Part shown: piece after piece, positions 12,991 to 26,341 of the stretch
Position numbering within the stretch: position 1 is the first letter of the stretch
Layout: every line of letters starts with the position of its first letter
Origin: Mobula hypostoma
Taxonomy: Eukaryota
NCBI RefSeq assembly: GCF_963921235.1
Contig: NC_086097.1
Span: forward strand, 143,036,001-143,100,000
DNA length: 64,000 bases
Direction: 5' to 3'
Notes under the pieces: generated by a model
The model's input: only the letters and a program-made list of their open reading frames with translations
What the model was told of the DNA's origin: nothing
Database searches by the model: none
Made by a program: the position numbers and the translations under genes

Positions 12991-13641
12991 AGGTCATTAT
13001 CTCAAAATTAGTGCATATCCATTTATGATAGAAGTTCTATGATGCTGCAAATCACACACAGGAAAAAGAAGTTCAAAATTCTGAGTCTGAAAACGTGGCA
13101 AATGCAGGTGCAATTAAAGCTTTTTTTAAACTGAGTTTGACTGAAACAGAAGTGCTGGAATCGGAAACAAACAAACTGCTGGGGGATCTCCATGGATTGT
13201 GGGGGCAGAGGGATACAGACCTTTCAGGTCAGGTCCTGATGCAGGTTCTTGACCTGAAATGTGGACCATGAGTTTGATGGAGCTTTGTCGGGCAATTTTA
13301 TTAATGGCCATGAAGCAACTTTGGATAAATAGTGCTGAGGCCAAAATCTCACCACGCTTTCATGTTTCAAATTCCGAGATTGGCAACTCTTAGATCATTG
13401 TAACTATCCCTATTCAACGGGGAGCCATTATGTACTCACTGGGAATCTAATTTTGACCTTCACTTCAATTCCACTAAAGTGTTATGCAAGATTGTCTTCA
13501 GCCAACAATGGGATGGATGTAATACCCAGCCAGTCTGCCCTCCTCTATTATCAGTCCTTTTCCTTTTGTAAATGGAAACCATCACATGAGGTTCCAACTA
13601 CATGAAGCACACGATTTCCCATCACCGCTATTTGGAGGTCA

Positions 13642-13806
<165 letters not shown>

Positions 13807-14501
13807 TCACAAGAATGTTAGTATGAAGCCGGGTATTTGACAACTTCTAAAATAAATTAATTCTACCAACTGTTCATTACTAACCTTCATAGTAAAAAAA
13901 ACTCTATTTGCTTGAAGACTATATCATGAAATTAAGCAAAAATCATTAAGATTTTCCAGCCATTTATATAAAAAAAACATTTGGAAAAGGATTACTGTTG
14001 TGTCTATAATTCTCCTGAGGGTGAAAGAGCAAAAACCCAAGATTGGGAGTGGGGCTTATACTCAGAACACCTGATAGATCTGAGCCAATCTGGCAATTGC
14101 TGAGAGAGCTTTGGAATTTCTGAAAGCCTCTATATAAACATAAGTCTTCCTTTAAAGATCTCCATTATTTATTACTCTTTCTGCTCAGCAAAGATGCTTT
14201 GCAGCCATATCTTGTCATCAATATGGCAAAATGTCCAAGGGGACTTTATCAGACAACTGCCGTCTGATGTAAACCATTCCTGATTGTGCATACCTCTTGT
14301 CTCCTCTTAACCTTCTCTACAAGAAGGGGGGAATCATCTCCAGTCAGTAAGTGAACCCCATCATCCTGTTGAACAGCTCGCTTGTCATTTTCTGACCTAC
14401 ACAATTTTCATTTCCGCCAGTTTACCGCGAAATTGGAGAATGTGAGTTAATTCCAGCAACCTCTTCCCGATTTCTCCCTCTCATGGGTCCATGTAGTTTA
14501 C

Positions 14502-14673
14502 CTGAAGACTTCCCCAAGGGCAGGACCATGCTCTGGAAGTTCTGTGAGGACGTCAGTTCCGGTCCCACAAGGTCAGATGTCTCTTGGTTCTCCTCTGAAT
14601 CTTCACTCTTGGATGACACTTGTTCCAGCAAGAGGATGAGGGTCCCCATCCCTCCCATGCAGCTGATCACGTC
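14502..14673 (-). CDS. NBEAL2: NBEAL2 exon Q (172 nt): DVISCMGGMG...DLVGPELTS...LGKSS
   Basis: gatcaag|GAC (AAG acceptor) ... G|gtaaac. Confidence 0.92.
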
Positions 14674-15073
14674 CTTGATCACAAACAGGAAAAACATAAA
14701 AGCAAAATAGCTTTGCATGCCACCAGTATTATATTAAAGAATTATTTTTATATCGTTAAAGGAAATGAATCAGATAATTAAAGATTACTACCACTAACTG
14801 TTCAGGGGCTGCCTCTAAATTATAAACATGAAGAAGTCTGCAAATGTCTCCAGATTAAGACAGGCAATTGTTTATATACTGCCTGATTTTGACTGGAGGT
14901 ACAGGATTGACTGTGTGGATAGTTGCAATGATTGGCTCAACATAAATGAAATACATTATTATGGCATCTCAAGTATATTCATTTTTGGATAAACAACTCT
15001 TTCTGGTAGATGTTGATATTATGAACTGAATCACAGAAATGGGAGCAACCATGTTGGCTTACCTGCATATTTA

Positions 15074-15187
<114 letters not shown>

Positions 15188-15479
15188 CTAACAACAAAAT
15201 AATAATTATAGCAGATAAGTATCCTTATAGCCCCTTAAAGCACATTTCTGCACCCTGAGGCACAAACTATGACTATACTCTTGGAAGTAAATATTCTGAA
15301 TTCATTTCCATATGTAATGTCTTCGACCAGCTCCTGACCAGCACCACCATTGCTCTCAGTATGCACAACCTTCTCACTTCATCTGTTTTCCCAATTACAG
15401 ACTGTTACACTGCAGGTGGAGCACATTCAGTCCACCATCACAGCCCCTTCTATATGGTATTACAAGGACAACAAAAACC

Positions 15480-16860
15480 CTGTATGTTTATCCAGTTCTT
15501 GAAGGCCACAGCAGAACCTTCCTCCATCAAATCTGCGGAGAGTAGATCCCACATTCCAACATCAATACGTTTAAAATATTTTTCCTCCTGTCTCTATGAA
15601 CTCTCCTCCCCTTTAATTTATACTTGTGAACTTTAATTCTTGACCCACCACCAACACAAACAAGCAGTTTTTCCCACTCTCCACTCTGTTCAAGCGATTC
15701 ATTGTTTGATAAATTTCCATAAAAGTTCTTCTAAGTCTTCCCTTATTCACTAAACCAGTCCCAGTCTTTCTAATCTATCCTTGTAACTGTGGTTCCTCAT
15801 TCCAGAAATCAATTATTTTTCTGGATACTCTCTAATGGCTTTGCATCCTTCCTAAAATGAGGCAACCAGAGTTGTTCAGAATACTCCAAGTGAGGCTGAA
15901 TCAGTGTCCTAGGTCCAAACTTCTCCACCTGTGAGATTCAACTAAGTGGCCTATAAATGTCAGACTTATCCTTGGTCCCTTTTGTGAATGAGGGAGAAAC
16001 ATTTGCCACTCACCAGCTCTCTGAAACCATCACCACATTCATTGAATGTGGTCAGTGTCTCTATGATTTCCTCCTGTATTTCCCACAAAATCCCAGGATG
16101 CACTTCATCTGGTCCTGGTGACTTAGCCACTTTAAGTTCTGCAGGTTTTCTAATACCTTTATATTGTCAAATTTTTGCCACATCCAGTGTTTTACTATCT
16201 CCCTCACTACTACTTTGAAAATACCTTATTGCCTGATGAAGACATGAACATTTTTCTGTAAGCATTTTAATTAATGGTCTCAGCTTCTATCAGACTATTC
16301 CCAATTTTGTCCTTACTAAGATCGACTCATCCATCTACTACCATTTTCCTATTAACTATCCAGTGAAAACTTTTAGGTTCCAATTTATGTTGGCAGCCAA
16401 TCTTTCCTCTTACTTCCTCTTTACTGCTGTCATTTTATTTTCACTTCTCTTCTGATTCTTTTAAAATCAACTTGGCTCTTGCTGGGAGTAACAATTTGTC
16501 ACTTGCCGTATGCACCCTTTCTTGCTTTATCATTCTCCACATCTCTTATGTCATACGTGGACCTCTGAATAGTTCTTCCTGCTCTGCAGTAAAATATGCC
16601 TCACTCATAAGTGAAGTATATCTTTTTTAAAGCCAGTCCATTATCCTGCCACAGTTAAATTATGTTTCTAGTTTATCTGGGCCTGACTCAATGTCATCTT
16701 GTTGAATGTGGCCACCTTCCAATTAATTACTTTTGGTTTGGATTGCTCATCCTATTTTTTTGTAGCTAACCTAAATCTTATGATGATATGATCATTACAA
16801 ACTGAACTTTCCTCTACAAAAACTTGGTGGACTTGACTGACCTCAGTTGCTCATAAACAG
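15480..16860 (-). mobile_element. Degenerate CR1 fragments
   Basis: cccaggatgcacttcatctggtcctggtgac (antisense of SPGPDE-HP); atactccaagtgagg. Confidence 0.6.
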
Positions 16861-16995
16861 ATCTAATCTTAGCTTGGTCAACAGAACAATAGCTAGCTAT
16901 TGTTATGAATGACAGTTTTTCACAATTTTGATGTGTATTTTTTGTTCATTGTTTGGAATTCCCAAATTGAGATTAAACTTGATGAACATAATCAC

Positions 16996-17078
16996 CTTGG
17001 GAGAGTAGTAAAGGAGTAGTTTACTACTCAGATCTGATATTTCACTGTCAGGCTTGAAGGGCAACAGATTGTTCGGAC
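16996..17078 (-). CDS. NBEAL2: NBEAL2 exon O (83 nt): GPNNLLPFKPDSEISDLSSKLLLYYSPK
   Basis: ctttag|GT ... AAG|gtgatt. Confidence 0.94.
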
Positions 17079-17428
17079 CTAAAGAATAAAATACAAATGG
17101 AACACAAATTAGTTCTCTGTTTCTCCTGGTCTGTGGGTGATCCCAGCAATCCCAATTCCAACAAAGGGCCACCATACAGGGATTTTGTCTCTGCTTACCC
17201 TCATGTCCCACAGAGGCTACAGGAGAAAAATGTAGAGAGAGTCATATCACAAGAGTGAGGGAAACAGCAATGACTACAGAGACAGACTGAGACGTGCGCA
17301 ATGGATACTTCAATGAGGAGCAAGACAATGGTGAATATATGCTGGGAGCCAGGGAAGTGAGACGGGGAGAAAAGAGTGAGATGCAGAAAGATGTTAAAAC
17401 AGAACAGTGTTAGAATGAGATTGAGATA

Positions 17429-19102
17429 GTCATAGTCATAGTCATACTTGATTAATCCCGGGGGAAATTGGTTTTCGTTACAGTTGCACCATAAATAATA
17501 AATAGTAATAGAAATAGTAATAGAAAAATAGTAATAAATAGTTAAATGTAAATTATGCCAGTAAATTATGAAATAAGTCCAGGACCAGCCTATCGGCTCA
17601 GGGTGTCTGACCCTCCAAGAGAGGAGTTGTAAAGTTTGATGGCCACAGGCAGGAATGACTTCCTATGACGCTCTGTGCTGCATCTCGGTGGAATGAGTCT
17701 CTGGTTGAATGTACTCCTGTGCCCACCCAGTACATTATGTAGTGGATGGGAGACATTGACCAAGATGGCATGCAACTAAGACAGCATCCTCTTTTCAGAC
17801 ACCACCGTGAGACAGTCCAGTTCCATCCTCACAACATCATTGGCCTTACGGATGAGTTTGTTGATTCTGTTGGCGTCTGCTAACCTCAGCCTGCTGCCCC
17901 AGCACACAACAGCAAACATGATAGCACTGGCCACCACAGACTCGTAGAACATCCTCAGCATCGTCCGGCAGATGTTAAAGGACCCCAGTCTCCTCAGGAA
18001 ATAGAGACGGCTCTGACCCTTCTTGTAGACAGCCTCAGTGTTCTTAGACCAGTCCAGTTTATTGTCAATTTGTATCCCCACGTATTTGTAATCCTCCACC
18101 ATGTCCACACTGACCCCCTGGATGGAAACAGGGGTCACCGATACCTTAGCCCTCCTCAGGTCTACCACCAGCTCCTTAGTCTTTTTCACATTAAGCTGCA
18201 GATAATTCTGCTCATACCATGTGACAAAGTTTCCTACCGTAGCCCTGTACTCAACCTCATCTCCCTTGCTGATGCATCCAACTATGGCAGAGTTATCCGA
18301 AAACTTCTGAAGATGACAAGACTCTGTGCAGTAGTTGAAGTCCGAGGTATAAATGGTGAAGAGAAAGGAAGACAAGACAGCCCCCTGTGGAGCCCCAGCG
18401 CTGTTGATCACTCTGTCGGACACACAGTGTTGCAAGCACACGTACTGTGGTCTGCCAGTCAGGGAATAAAGAATCCATGACACCAGGGGAGCATCCACCT
18501 GCATCGCCGTCAGCTTCTCCCCCAGCAGAGCAGGGCAGATGGTGTTGAACACACTGGAGAAGTCAAAAAAACATGACCCTCACAGTGCTCGCTGGCTTGT
18601 CCAGGTGGGCATAGACACGGTTCAGCAGGTAGACAATGACATCCTCAACTCCTAGTCGGGACTGGTAGGCAAACTGGAGGGGATCTACGTGTGGCCTGAC
18701 CATAGGCCGGAGCAGCTCCAGAACAAGTCTCTCCAGGGTCTTCATGATGTGGGAGGTCAATGCCACCGGTCTGTAGTCATTGAGGCCGCTGGGGTGCGGC
18801 GTCTTCGGCACAGGGACGAGGCAGGACGTCTTCCACAATACAGGAACCCTCCGGAGCCTCAGGCTCATGTTGAATACATGGCGAAGTACTCCGCATAGCT
18901 GAGGGGCACAGGCTTTGAGCACCCTGGTACTGACATCATCTGGTCCTGCAGCCTTGCTTGGGTTGAGACGTTTCAGCTGTCTTCTCACCTGTTTAGCTGT
19001 GAAGCCCACCGTGGTGGTTTTGTGTGGGGGAGGGGTATAGTCATGAGAGTAGGGTGGGGGACTGTGAGGAGGGGTAGGAGGGGAGAGTGGAATATGTGTT
19101 GG
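17429..19102 (-). mobile_element. Rex1/Babar-clade LINE, 5'-truncated, relatively young, 8-bp TSD TTGAGATA
   Basis: RT motifs KAAGPD, DYRPVALTSHIMK, GAPQG, LQKFSDN; (GACTAT)n tail at 17427-17446; TTGAGATA at 17421-17428 and 19103-19110. Confidence 0.9.
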
Positions 19103-19943
19103 TTGAGATAAAGATTGAATGTAAAAAGACTCAAGTGTAGGAGAGAAAGATCAAGTCACATTGATACAGCACTCTCACATCCCCAAATACTCGAAAACTA
19201 TTTTTGTTTAGCTGTTTTTGTTTTATAAGTAAACACAAGGATAAGCAGTGCATGGTAAGGTTACATGATAACTAGTTTTTGGCAGTGATGACCAGATGAA
19301 CACTGTTGGCCAGGACAGGAAGAGAACTGGCTTGTGTTTCCTGATATAGGGCAACCAGATTAACTGTATTCACCTTGGCAACAAACAGAGAGGCATCTCC
19401 AACAGTTCAGCCAGTAGAAATGCACTGAAGTATTAGATAATGTTATGTGTCCACATTTATCAGAATCAGATAATCATAACAATAAACAGGAGTGAAGTAA
19501 AACATGATGTCTATGCTGGCACCAACATCATAAGCTGTCCACAAAAACAATTCCACTCCCATATGCCTGGTGGAAACAAGACCCAAGGCAAATATTGAGA
19601 GAGATACTGAATGAGATGGACGGAATAGGAGTTGAGGATGAAGTAAGTGGCACATTATTGTAACAAGAAGTGGTAAGACATTATACTAAGGACACCTTGT
19701 GGAAGATCAGGAGGGGTGTATCCTACACATTGGTAGAAGGAGATTTTTTTCTTTGGGTGTGGTACAAATACTGGATTACATGTGAGTAGTGCATTGCCAG
19801 GTGAAAGAGAGGCATTCATCTTTACTGCTGTGCACGAAAACAGCTTGATAATGAGATACAGTCATGTTAGAGGAAAAAAAAAGTAACTAAGTATGGTGCC
19901 TTGTACATTAGGGTTCTACAATAACAGAGACGAGATCACTCAC

Positions 19944-20253
19944 CTCCAGTAAAGAGGGCTTTGATGTGCACCGGCTGCAACGCCTCGTGAAACACAAAGA
20001 CAGATCCCAACTGGCCTTCCAGGGAGGTAGGTGTGCCCCACTCTGTATCCTGTGTGCCGGCTGCAATCGTGTGGACGACGGCTGGCAACAAGCTGGAGTC
20101 TCTGGTGTGAGGTGCAAAGCTGGCGGGGAAGGACTGAGAGCGATTCAGCGGGTGGTGTGAGGTGAAGGAGAGATCCGGGGACTGAGAAGGAGATGTATTA
20201 ACCGTTGTAGTCGTCCTGTGACCCGCTGAGCCAATGCAGCAATAGGTGAACGA
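19944..20253 (-). CDS. NBEAL2: NBEAL2 exon N (310 nt): SFTYCCIGSAGHRTTT...GTQDTEWGTPTSLEG...KALFTG
   Basis: cctcag|TCG ... G|gtgagt. Confidence 0.95.
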
Positions 20254-20409
20254 CTGAGGAGGATAAAATAAACACAAAATAAAAGTTCAACATTTTCATC
20301 AAAGAAATATTAAGAGAAATAAATAGGATGTGAGAGAAGTAGCTGCCAATATATGAATCAAACTCGTCAGGTAAATGTACAGGTCAGAAGCTAAACACAA
20401 TATCCATTT

Positions 20410-20590
20410 TAAAACAAAATTGCAGGAGGAACTCAGTAGGCCAAGCAGCATCTGTGGGGGGGGGGGGGGCAAGGAATTGTCAATGTTTCGGGGGCGAGGC
20501 ACCACACAGATTCTGCTTCAACTACTGAGTTCTTTCATTAGACTTCTTTGTTGCTCCACATATCAGCATCTGCATTCTCTCACGTCTCCA
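20410..20590. mobile_element. Inverted pair of degenerate Penelope-tail fragments with a poly-G run
   Basis: ggaggaactcagtaggccaagcagcatct on one side and ctgagttc...cagcatctgca on the other. Confidence 0.65.
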
Positions 20591-21628
20591 TTTTAAAAAC
20601 AAGATACATATTGGGATAGCCAGTCGCATCTTAAGAACAATTTACAAGGACATCCAAATCCCTCTGAATATCAACATAGCTGCTCTCTTTTTTAAAGCAT
20701 TCAAATTTTCTTGTTGTCTCACCTCATGTATGCCTACATGATACTCCACCTCCCAACTCCTGATTGCTTCACATAAACCACTCTCTATCTTACTTTCGAA
20801 CCTTCCTCACAAACTCCTTTCTACCTCACTTTGTAATACTAACAAACTTGGATAATTACATGTCGACCTTTCATTTAGATCATTAATATAGATTGTAAAT
20901 AGTTGAGGCCTAAGCTGGCTTGTCGTGGCAGTCTACAAGTTACTTGCCAAACTGAAAATAACCAATTTATCTCCTCTCTTAGTGTGCTATACTGTATGCT
21001 CTATCAATGTGATTATGCCCAACCCTGTGAATGCCTAGCATATGCAATAACCATCTGTGAGGCACCTTATCAAATGCCTCTTATATTCTAGCTACGTTAC
21101 CTCCACTGGTTCCATTTTGCTCCTTTTTACTATTCAATAAATGTATCAAGATAACTCAGATTAATCATTTTTTAATGCTCTGTTATAATTTCCCAAATAC
21201 TGGATGAACTGGCCTATAGTTCCTTGTTATATTTACAACATTGAGAGGACATGGAACAGGATCACCAGAACAAGAGAAGATCCTTCAGCTTCTCAAGGAG
21301 ATGTCTCCTCGTGTTCTATCAATAATCTCCTATCGAAGCAAAACCAAAGACAGATCTTGCAATGCGAAAACTGGCTTTTGAATTCCATTTCACATTTCAC
21401 AATACACAATACAACTTTTCTCATTTAAATGTAAAAGAACTTAAATTAAATTATTCAGCATGTTACTCAGCATTGCATTTGCTTAGTTAAGGTTATGCTG
21501 AAGTATAACATGAACTCCAAGTATAAAGAAAGTCATAGTAAGACTCCTACTATTTTTTGCCAAAACTTTTAATCATATTAGTGAAAAAAGGGAAACATTC
21601 AGAAGTTTAAGATCGAGATCACTCTTAC

Positions 21629-21748
21629 CTCATTAAGTGAAGGAAACCGTAACTGTGCAGTCTTCCTCAGGTACCCATCTGCGTAGATGTTTACCAAGTT
21701 CTGCCCGAAGGGTCGGCGTCCTGCGATGTGAACAATGTCAATGCAGTG
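21629..21748 (-). CDS. NBEAL2: NBEAL2 exon M (120 nt): HCIDIVHIAGRRPFGQNLV...RFPSLNE
   Basis: ttacag|CAC ... GAG|gtaaga. Confidence 0.95.
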
Positions 21749-22706
21749 CTGTAAACCAGAGACAGATAATTTTTGAGGGCATGACGCTGGGAGTGATGGG
21801 ACAAGCACATGCTTTACAGATTCAGATTTAGATTCATTTATCACATGTACATCAAACCAGATAGGGAAATGCGTCATTTGTATTTGAAACCAACGCAACG
21901 CAAGGATGTGCTGGGGACAGCCTGCAATTGTTGCCACACGTTCTGGCAGTGTAGCGATGAACCTAGTACCATAATAGACACAACAGTTATCTGGAAGTTT
22001 CTTTATCTATGCTGGAACACATGAAGACTTGACATATTACTCTCCAGCAGCATGTTGTGCAGAAGTTTAATATTGATGTAATCTTCTGTAAGGAAGGATA
22101 TAAAAATTGTTTTTACTGTAATATAGCCACTAACTGTTCCAAAGATGGGTGATTGGCCTGAAACATTAAATCAGTTTCTCTCACTTCAGATTCTTCCTGA
22201 CCTAATGAGCATTTTCAGCAAATTTTGGTTTTATTTTCCATTTTTATATGCGGATCTTTAAAACGGGTCTGACAGAATGTTATTTTGTAGGAGTTGCCCA
22301 TAAATCAATCTTCTCTAACGAAGCAGCGGTGTTGGCAGCAAAGGCAGAAGGCGGCTATGCTACTCTGAAGCACTGCGATTGACTATCTGAGCTACAGAAA
22401 CCCTCGTTTCCATCCCACATCCCAAGTGCAGCCATTGGCTTGTAACAAGGACAGCCCCAATTCCCTACAAACCAAAAACCCGACAACAGTTACGATCCAC
22501 AAAATTCAGCTGAACGAAATGAAACTTGAGAGAGATTTTCGTATGCTTGGCTTTTGTTCCCTGTGCGGTTGTCTTTTAACTGCTTTCTAAAGGAGCCCAG
22601 GGAAACCGTACTAGAATTTCAAGGAAGAATTCTCAGAGAATTCAGGCTTTGACGATAAATGAACCACGATGGATGGGGAGTGGCAGCAAGAGATGGCGAA
22701 GTGTCA

Positions 22707-22868
<162 letters not shown>

Positions 22869-22969
22869 TTAAATGGCCTCCCTAGTATTCTGTATTCTCC
22901 ACCTTCATTTTCAGTTTTAGGATCCACTTCCTTATCTCAGGAATGACTTGCAGTTAGAAAGCTTGGGTT

Positions 22970-23072
22970 CAAACAACACACACAAACTGCTGGAGGAACT
23001 CAGCAGGTCAGGCAGCATCTATGGAAAAGAGTACAGGCGATGTTTTGGGCCGAGAGCCTTCAGCAGGATAGG
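22970..23072 (-). mobile_element. Short Penelope-tail insertion with degenerate hammerhead motif; 11-bp TSD
   Basis: AAGCTTGGGTT at 22959-22969 and AAGCTTGTGTT at 23073-23083; homologous to 58123-58256. Confidence 0.85.
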
Positions 23073-23126
23073 AAGCTTGTGTTTGTTATTTTCCAATACT
23101 GAAGCTAGGAAACAATTTTCTGAATG

Positions 23127-23248
23127 AAGGTCTTGGCCCAAAACGTTGACTGTACTCTTTTCCATTGACGCTGCCTAACCTGCTGAGTTCCTCCAGCATT
23201 CTGTATGTGTTGCTTGGATTTCCAGCATCTGCAGATTTTCTCATTTGT
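23127..23248 (+). mobile_element. Short Penelope-tail insertion; 13-bp TSD
   Basis: AATTTTCTGAATG at 23114-23126 and 23249-23261; homologous to 58135-58256. Confidence 0.88.
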
Positions 23249-24334
23249 AATTTTCTGAATGTGCCAATTTGCTAACTTCATTTATCTGACTGGTGGCTCT
23301 CCCTGGCAAATATGGCTCTGCAAAGAAAGCCTCTTTCAGAAACTCAGTCCATTTGATTCTAAATCCACTCTCTACTCTTCCTATCCTGACAGTGTCTGAA
23401 GGAATAGTACAAACAGCTGAAGAACAGGTCTAGTAGAGGTTATATATAGGTTAATTTTGTTATACTTTCTCCAAGTGGCTCAGCCCCAGTTTCAGAGGAG
23501 CTGCAACAATCCAGCAGTTTTTCCAGACTCCAGCCCATCCAGTGTGATACCTCCTTCAAAGTCAGTGCTGTTGAATGTTGAACCTATGTCACTCCCTTGC
23601 TGTGGGAAAGTGATCAGAATCACGATGCCCAGAGGTGACAATTTGACCAATTCAATGTTTTTGGCAGCTCAATACCCTATTATATCACTGCAAAATTATT
23701 TCCCTGAACTGCCTGCCTAATTTCCTTTTGAAATCATTATTTGTTTCCACTTGAACGGCCATAGCCGGGAACATGTTCCAGATTGTTACCATTATTGCAG
23801 AATGAAATCCTTCCTCACATCTCTCCTCTTTTCCAACCTACCCACATCTCCTGCTGAAAAGCTTAAATCAGTGCCCCCTCTCCCTTGTTCCATCTGCTAG
23901 GAGGAGCGGCTATTTGTGCTCTATCTGTTACAATCATGTATACCTCCTGCACCTACGTATCTCCACAACCTCCTTACATTGCAGCTAACATGTCACATTC
24001 CAGAAAATACTCCTGTAAATCTCTGAATGTTCTAAAATGTGATCTATCTACAGCATCATAAGAATTCAATGTGATTAGACTGCTTTTAGTATGTCTATTT
24101 ATAAAGCCCAAGATCTCATAAACCTTGCTGACTGCTCTCCAATATGTCCTGCTATCTTGAAAATCTGGGTATTCCAACCACCAGACACACACTTCAGAAC
24201 TGTATCATTAGAACTATATTAACTCTTACATCCTTTCAGCTGACGTTCATCACTTTATGCTTCTCTGTCTTAAATTCCATCTACTGTTTGCCTGTTTATC
24301 CTGCTGGCATATCATGTGCCACCGAGTGATGCTG

Positions 24335-24860
24335 ATTGGATCCAGGACCTAAAGACTCTTCTGGGTGAGGCAAAGATTCATATGCATCTTCTCCAACCTT
24401 GTTTACCGCAGTCTGTGATCTCAATGTGTGTCCCTCTAGGACAAAGTAACTGTTCTGCAGAGGACATATGCTCTGTCTACAAGGGCCACTTTGACCTTCT
24501 GGATACATGTCATTTCAACTCCCACTCCCTTTCCCATATCGACCTGTTTGTTCTCAGCCTTCTCCATTGCCAGGATATGGCCAAATACAAACTATATCAC
24601 TTCCAGCCACTGTCACTCAATTCCACCTGTCCTTCTCCCCAATCAGACTCCATCTGCCCATCATCTCTTTCCCCAGTTGGTTCAACCTATCTCCTACCAG
24701 CCCCAGCTTCACCCCCACTCCCACCTCTTTATACTGGCCATTTCCCAATTTGCTCTCAGTCCTATCTCAGGGTTTTAACTAAAAACATTGTCAATGTTCC
24801 TGGATCCACATATGCTACCTGACTCACTAATTTTCTCCTCCTCTTTGTTATTTTTACTTC
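24335..24860 (+). mobile_element. Degenerate Penelope-like element (GIY-YIG region plus tail)
   Basis: Colinear with 57540-58256 (atccaggacctaaag...gtgaggcaaaga; catttcaactcccactccctttccc). Confidence 0.7.
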
Positions 24861-26341
24861 AATTAAATAGATTCTGCTGCTCACCCCCATCCCAATGACT
24901 TAGTCTCTTCCTAAGGCCACAATATTTTTCCTCATCAATACTGCCACCTGATTTTTTTCCCATTTCTCCATCTTTTTTGAAACATTTTGAATCCATGAAT
25001 ATTTAAGCTCTCAGTCCTCACCATTTTAACTACATTTCTAACATTGTCATATCATATTATTCCCACATAGTTACTTGCATTTATAGTTTGCCAACATTCT
25101 TCAACTCTGGGCATTTACAAACATACAGTACCTCTCCCTTTTGATTATCTGTAGCACTTTGTAGGCAATCCTTGGACTCAAAGATTGCTTGCTTGCACTC
25201 CAGTGTTCTGTGGGTTCTGATGAGGTTAATATTGAATCTATGTATTCTATTCCATGAAGGTAGGGCATGCTTGACTGTGTGGACTGGTGTTACTGAATTC
25301 TTTCTATTAGCACAATGGACCATCTCATGGATCTTAGTGCTTCTTCTCCCATTTAATCCTTCAGTGAGGATGATTTCCTTTTTTTTTCCCCAAAGTGATT
25401 TTGAGAACATCCTTGCAGCACCTGCTGGTAACCTCTTGGTCAGACAGAGCTCAGAGCAGAGTGTACTTTGAGGATTCTAGTGTCACACATACGAAAAATA
25501 TTCATCAGAGCTTGTTGCATGTGATCAGAACCTTGATGTTGGCTTGGGAAAGAATGCTAACATTGGTTTCCTTATTCTGCCAATGGACATTTGTAGAGAC
25601 ATTTATAGCATCTTTCTATTGCTCCTACAGATATTCCAGGTCTCAAGTTCATACAAGAATTAATGTAGACTGTGAAAATAGTAATAGGTTTGAATCTTCT
25701 TTTCCTCAGATGATCAAAGCCCGTGTCAATAGACTGAGGGCCAGTTTGAATATTAATAATGCCCATCCTCACTGAGAGGTCATTCCAGATACTGTATGAA
25801 AAGTGATCCATATTTTCCTTCTTTAATATCATGTAACTTCCTTCTCTGAATAAATCTAATACTCTTGTTTCTTTATACCCGTTTTTACAACATAAACCTA
25901 TATGAAATGGGAGTAGGAGCAGATCACACAGCCCCTAAAGCCTGCTTGGCCACTCAGTAAGATCACAGCAGAGCTGATTCTAATCAGCTCCTGCTTCCCA
26001 CTCACCACCTGTACAGCACAAGCTTTTACCTTCCACAATAATTCTTGTGTGTGGCACCTCATTAAGTGCCTTCTATAAATCGGAGTAGTACAGTCTATTT
26101 GCCTGTTACCCTTTATCCACAGTACATATTACTTCTTAAAAGAAGTAATAAATTGGACTAACATAATTTTGCTTTCCAGAAACATACTGATTTTGATAAT
26201 TAGCAATTAACACTTACAAGTGGTCGATTTTTGATATTTCCTGACAGTACAGGTCAATAACATTTGACCATTTGTATTTATACAGGTTGATAATATCTTA
26301 ACTGATAGTTCTCATTTGCAATTATCAATTACAATTCCTAC

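Noticed and set aside
20456..20469. Poly-G run as a functional G-quadruplex element
   Set aside because: It sits in the variable purine linker of a Penelope tail, and homopolymer length is error-prone.
25081..25832. Cluster of overlapping ORFs of about 100 aa on both strands
   Set aside because: No motif similarity, no splice context; consistent with chance ORFs
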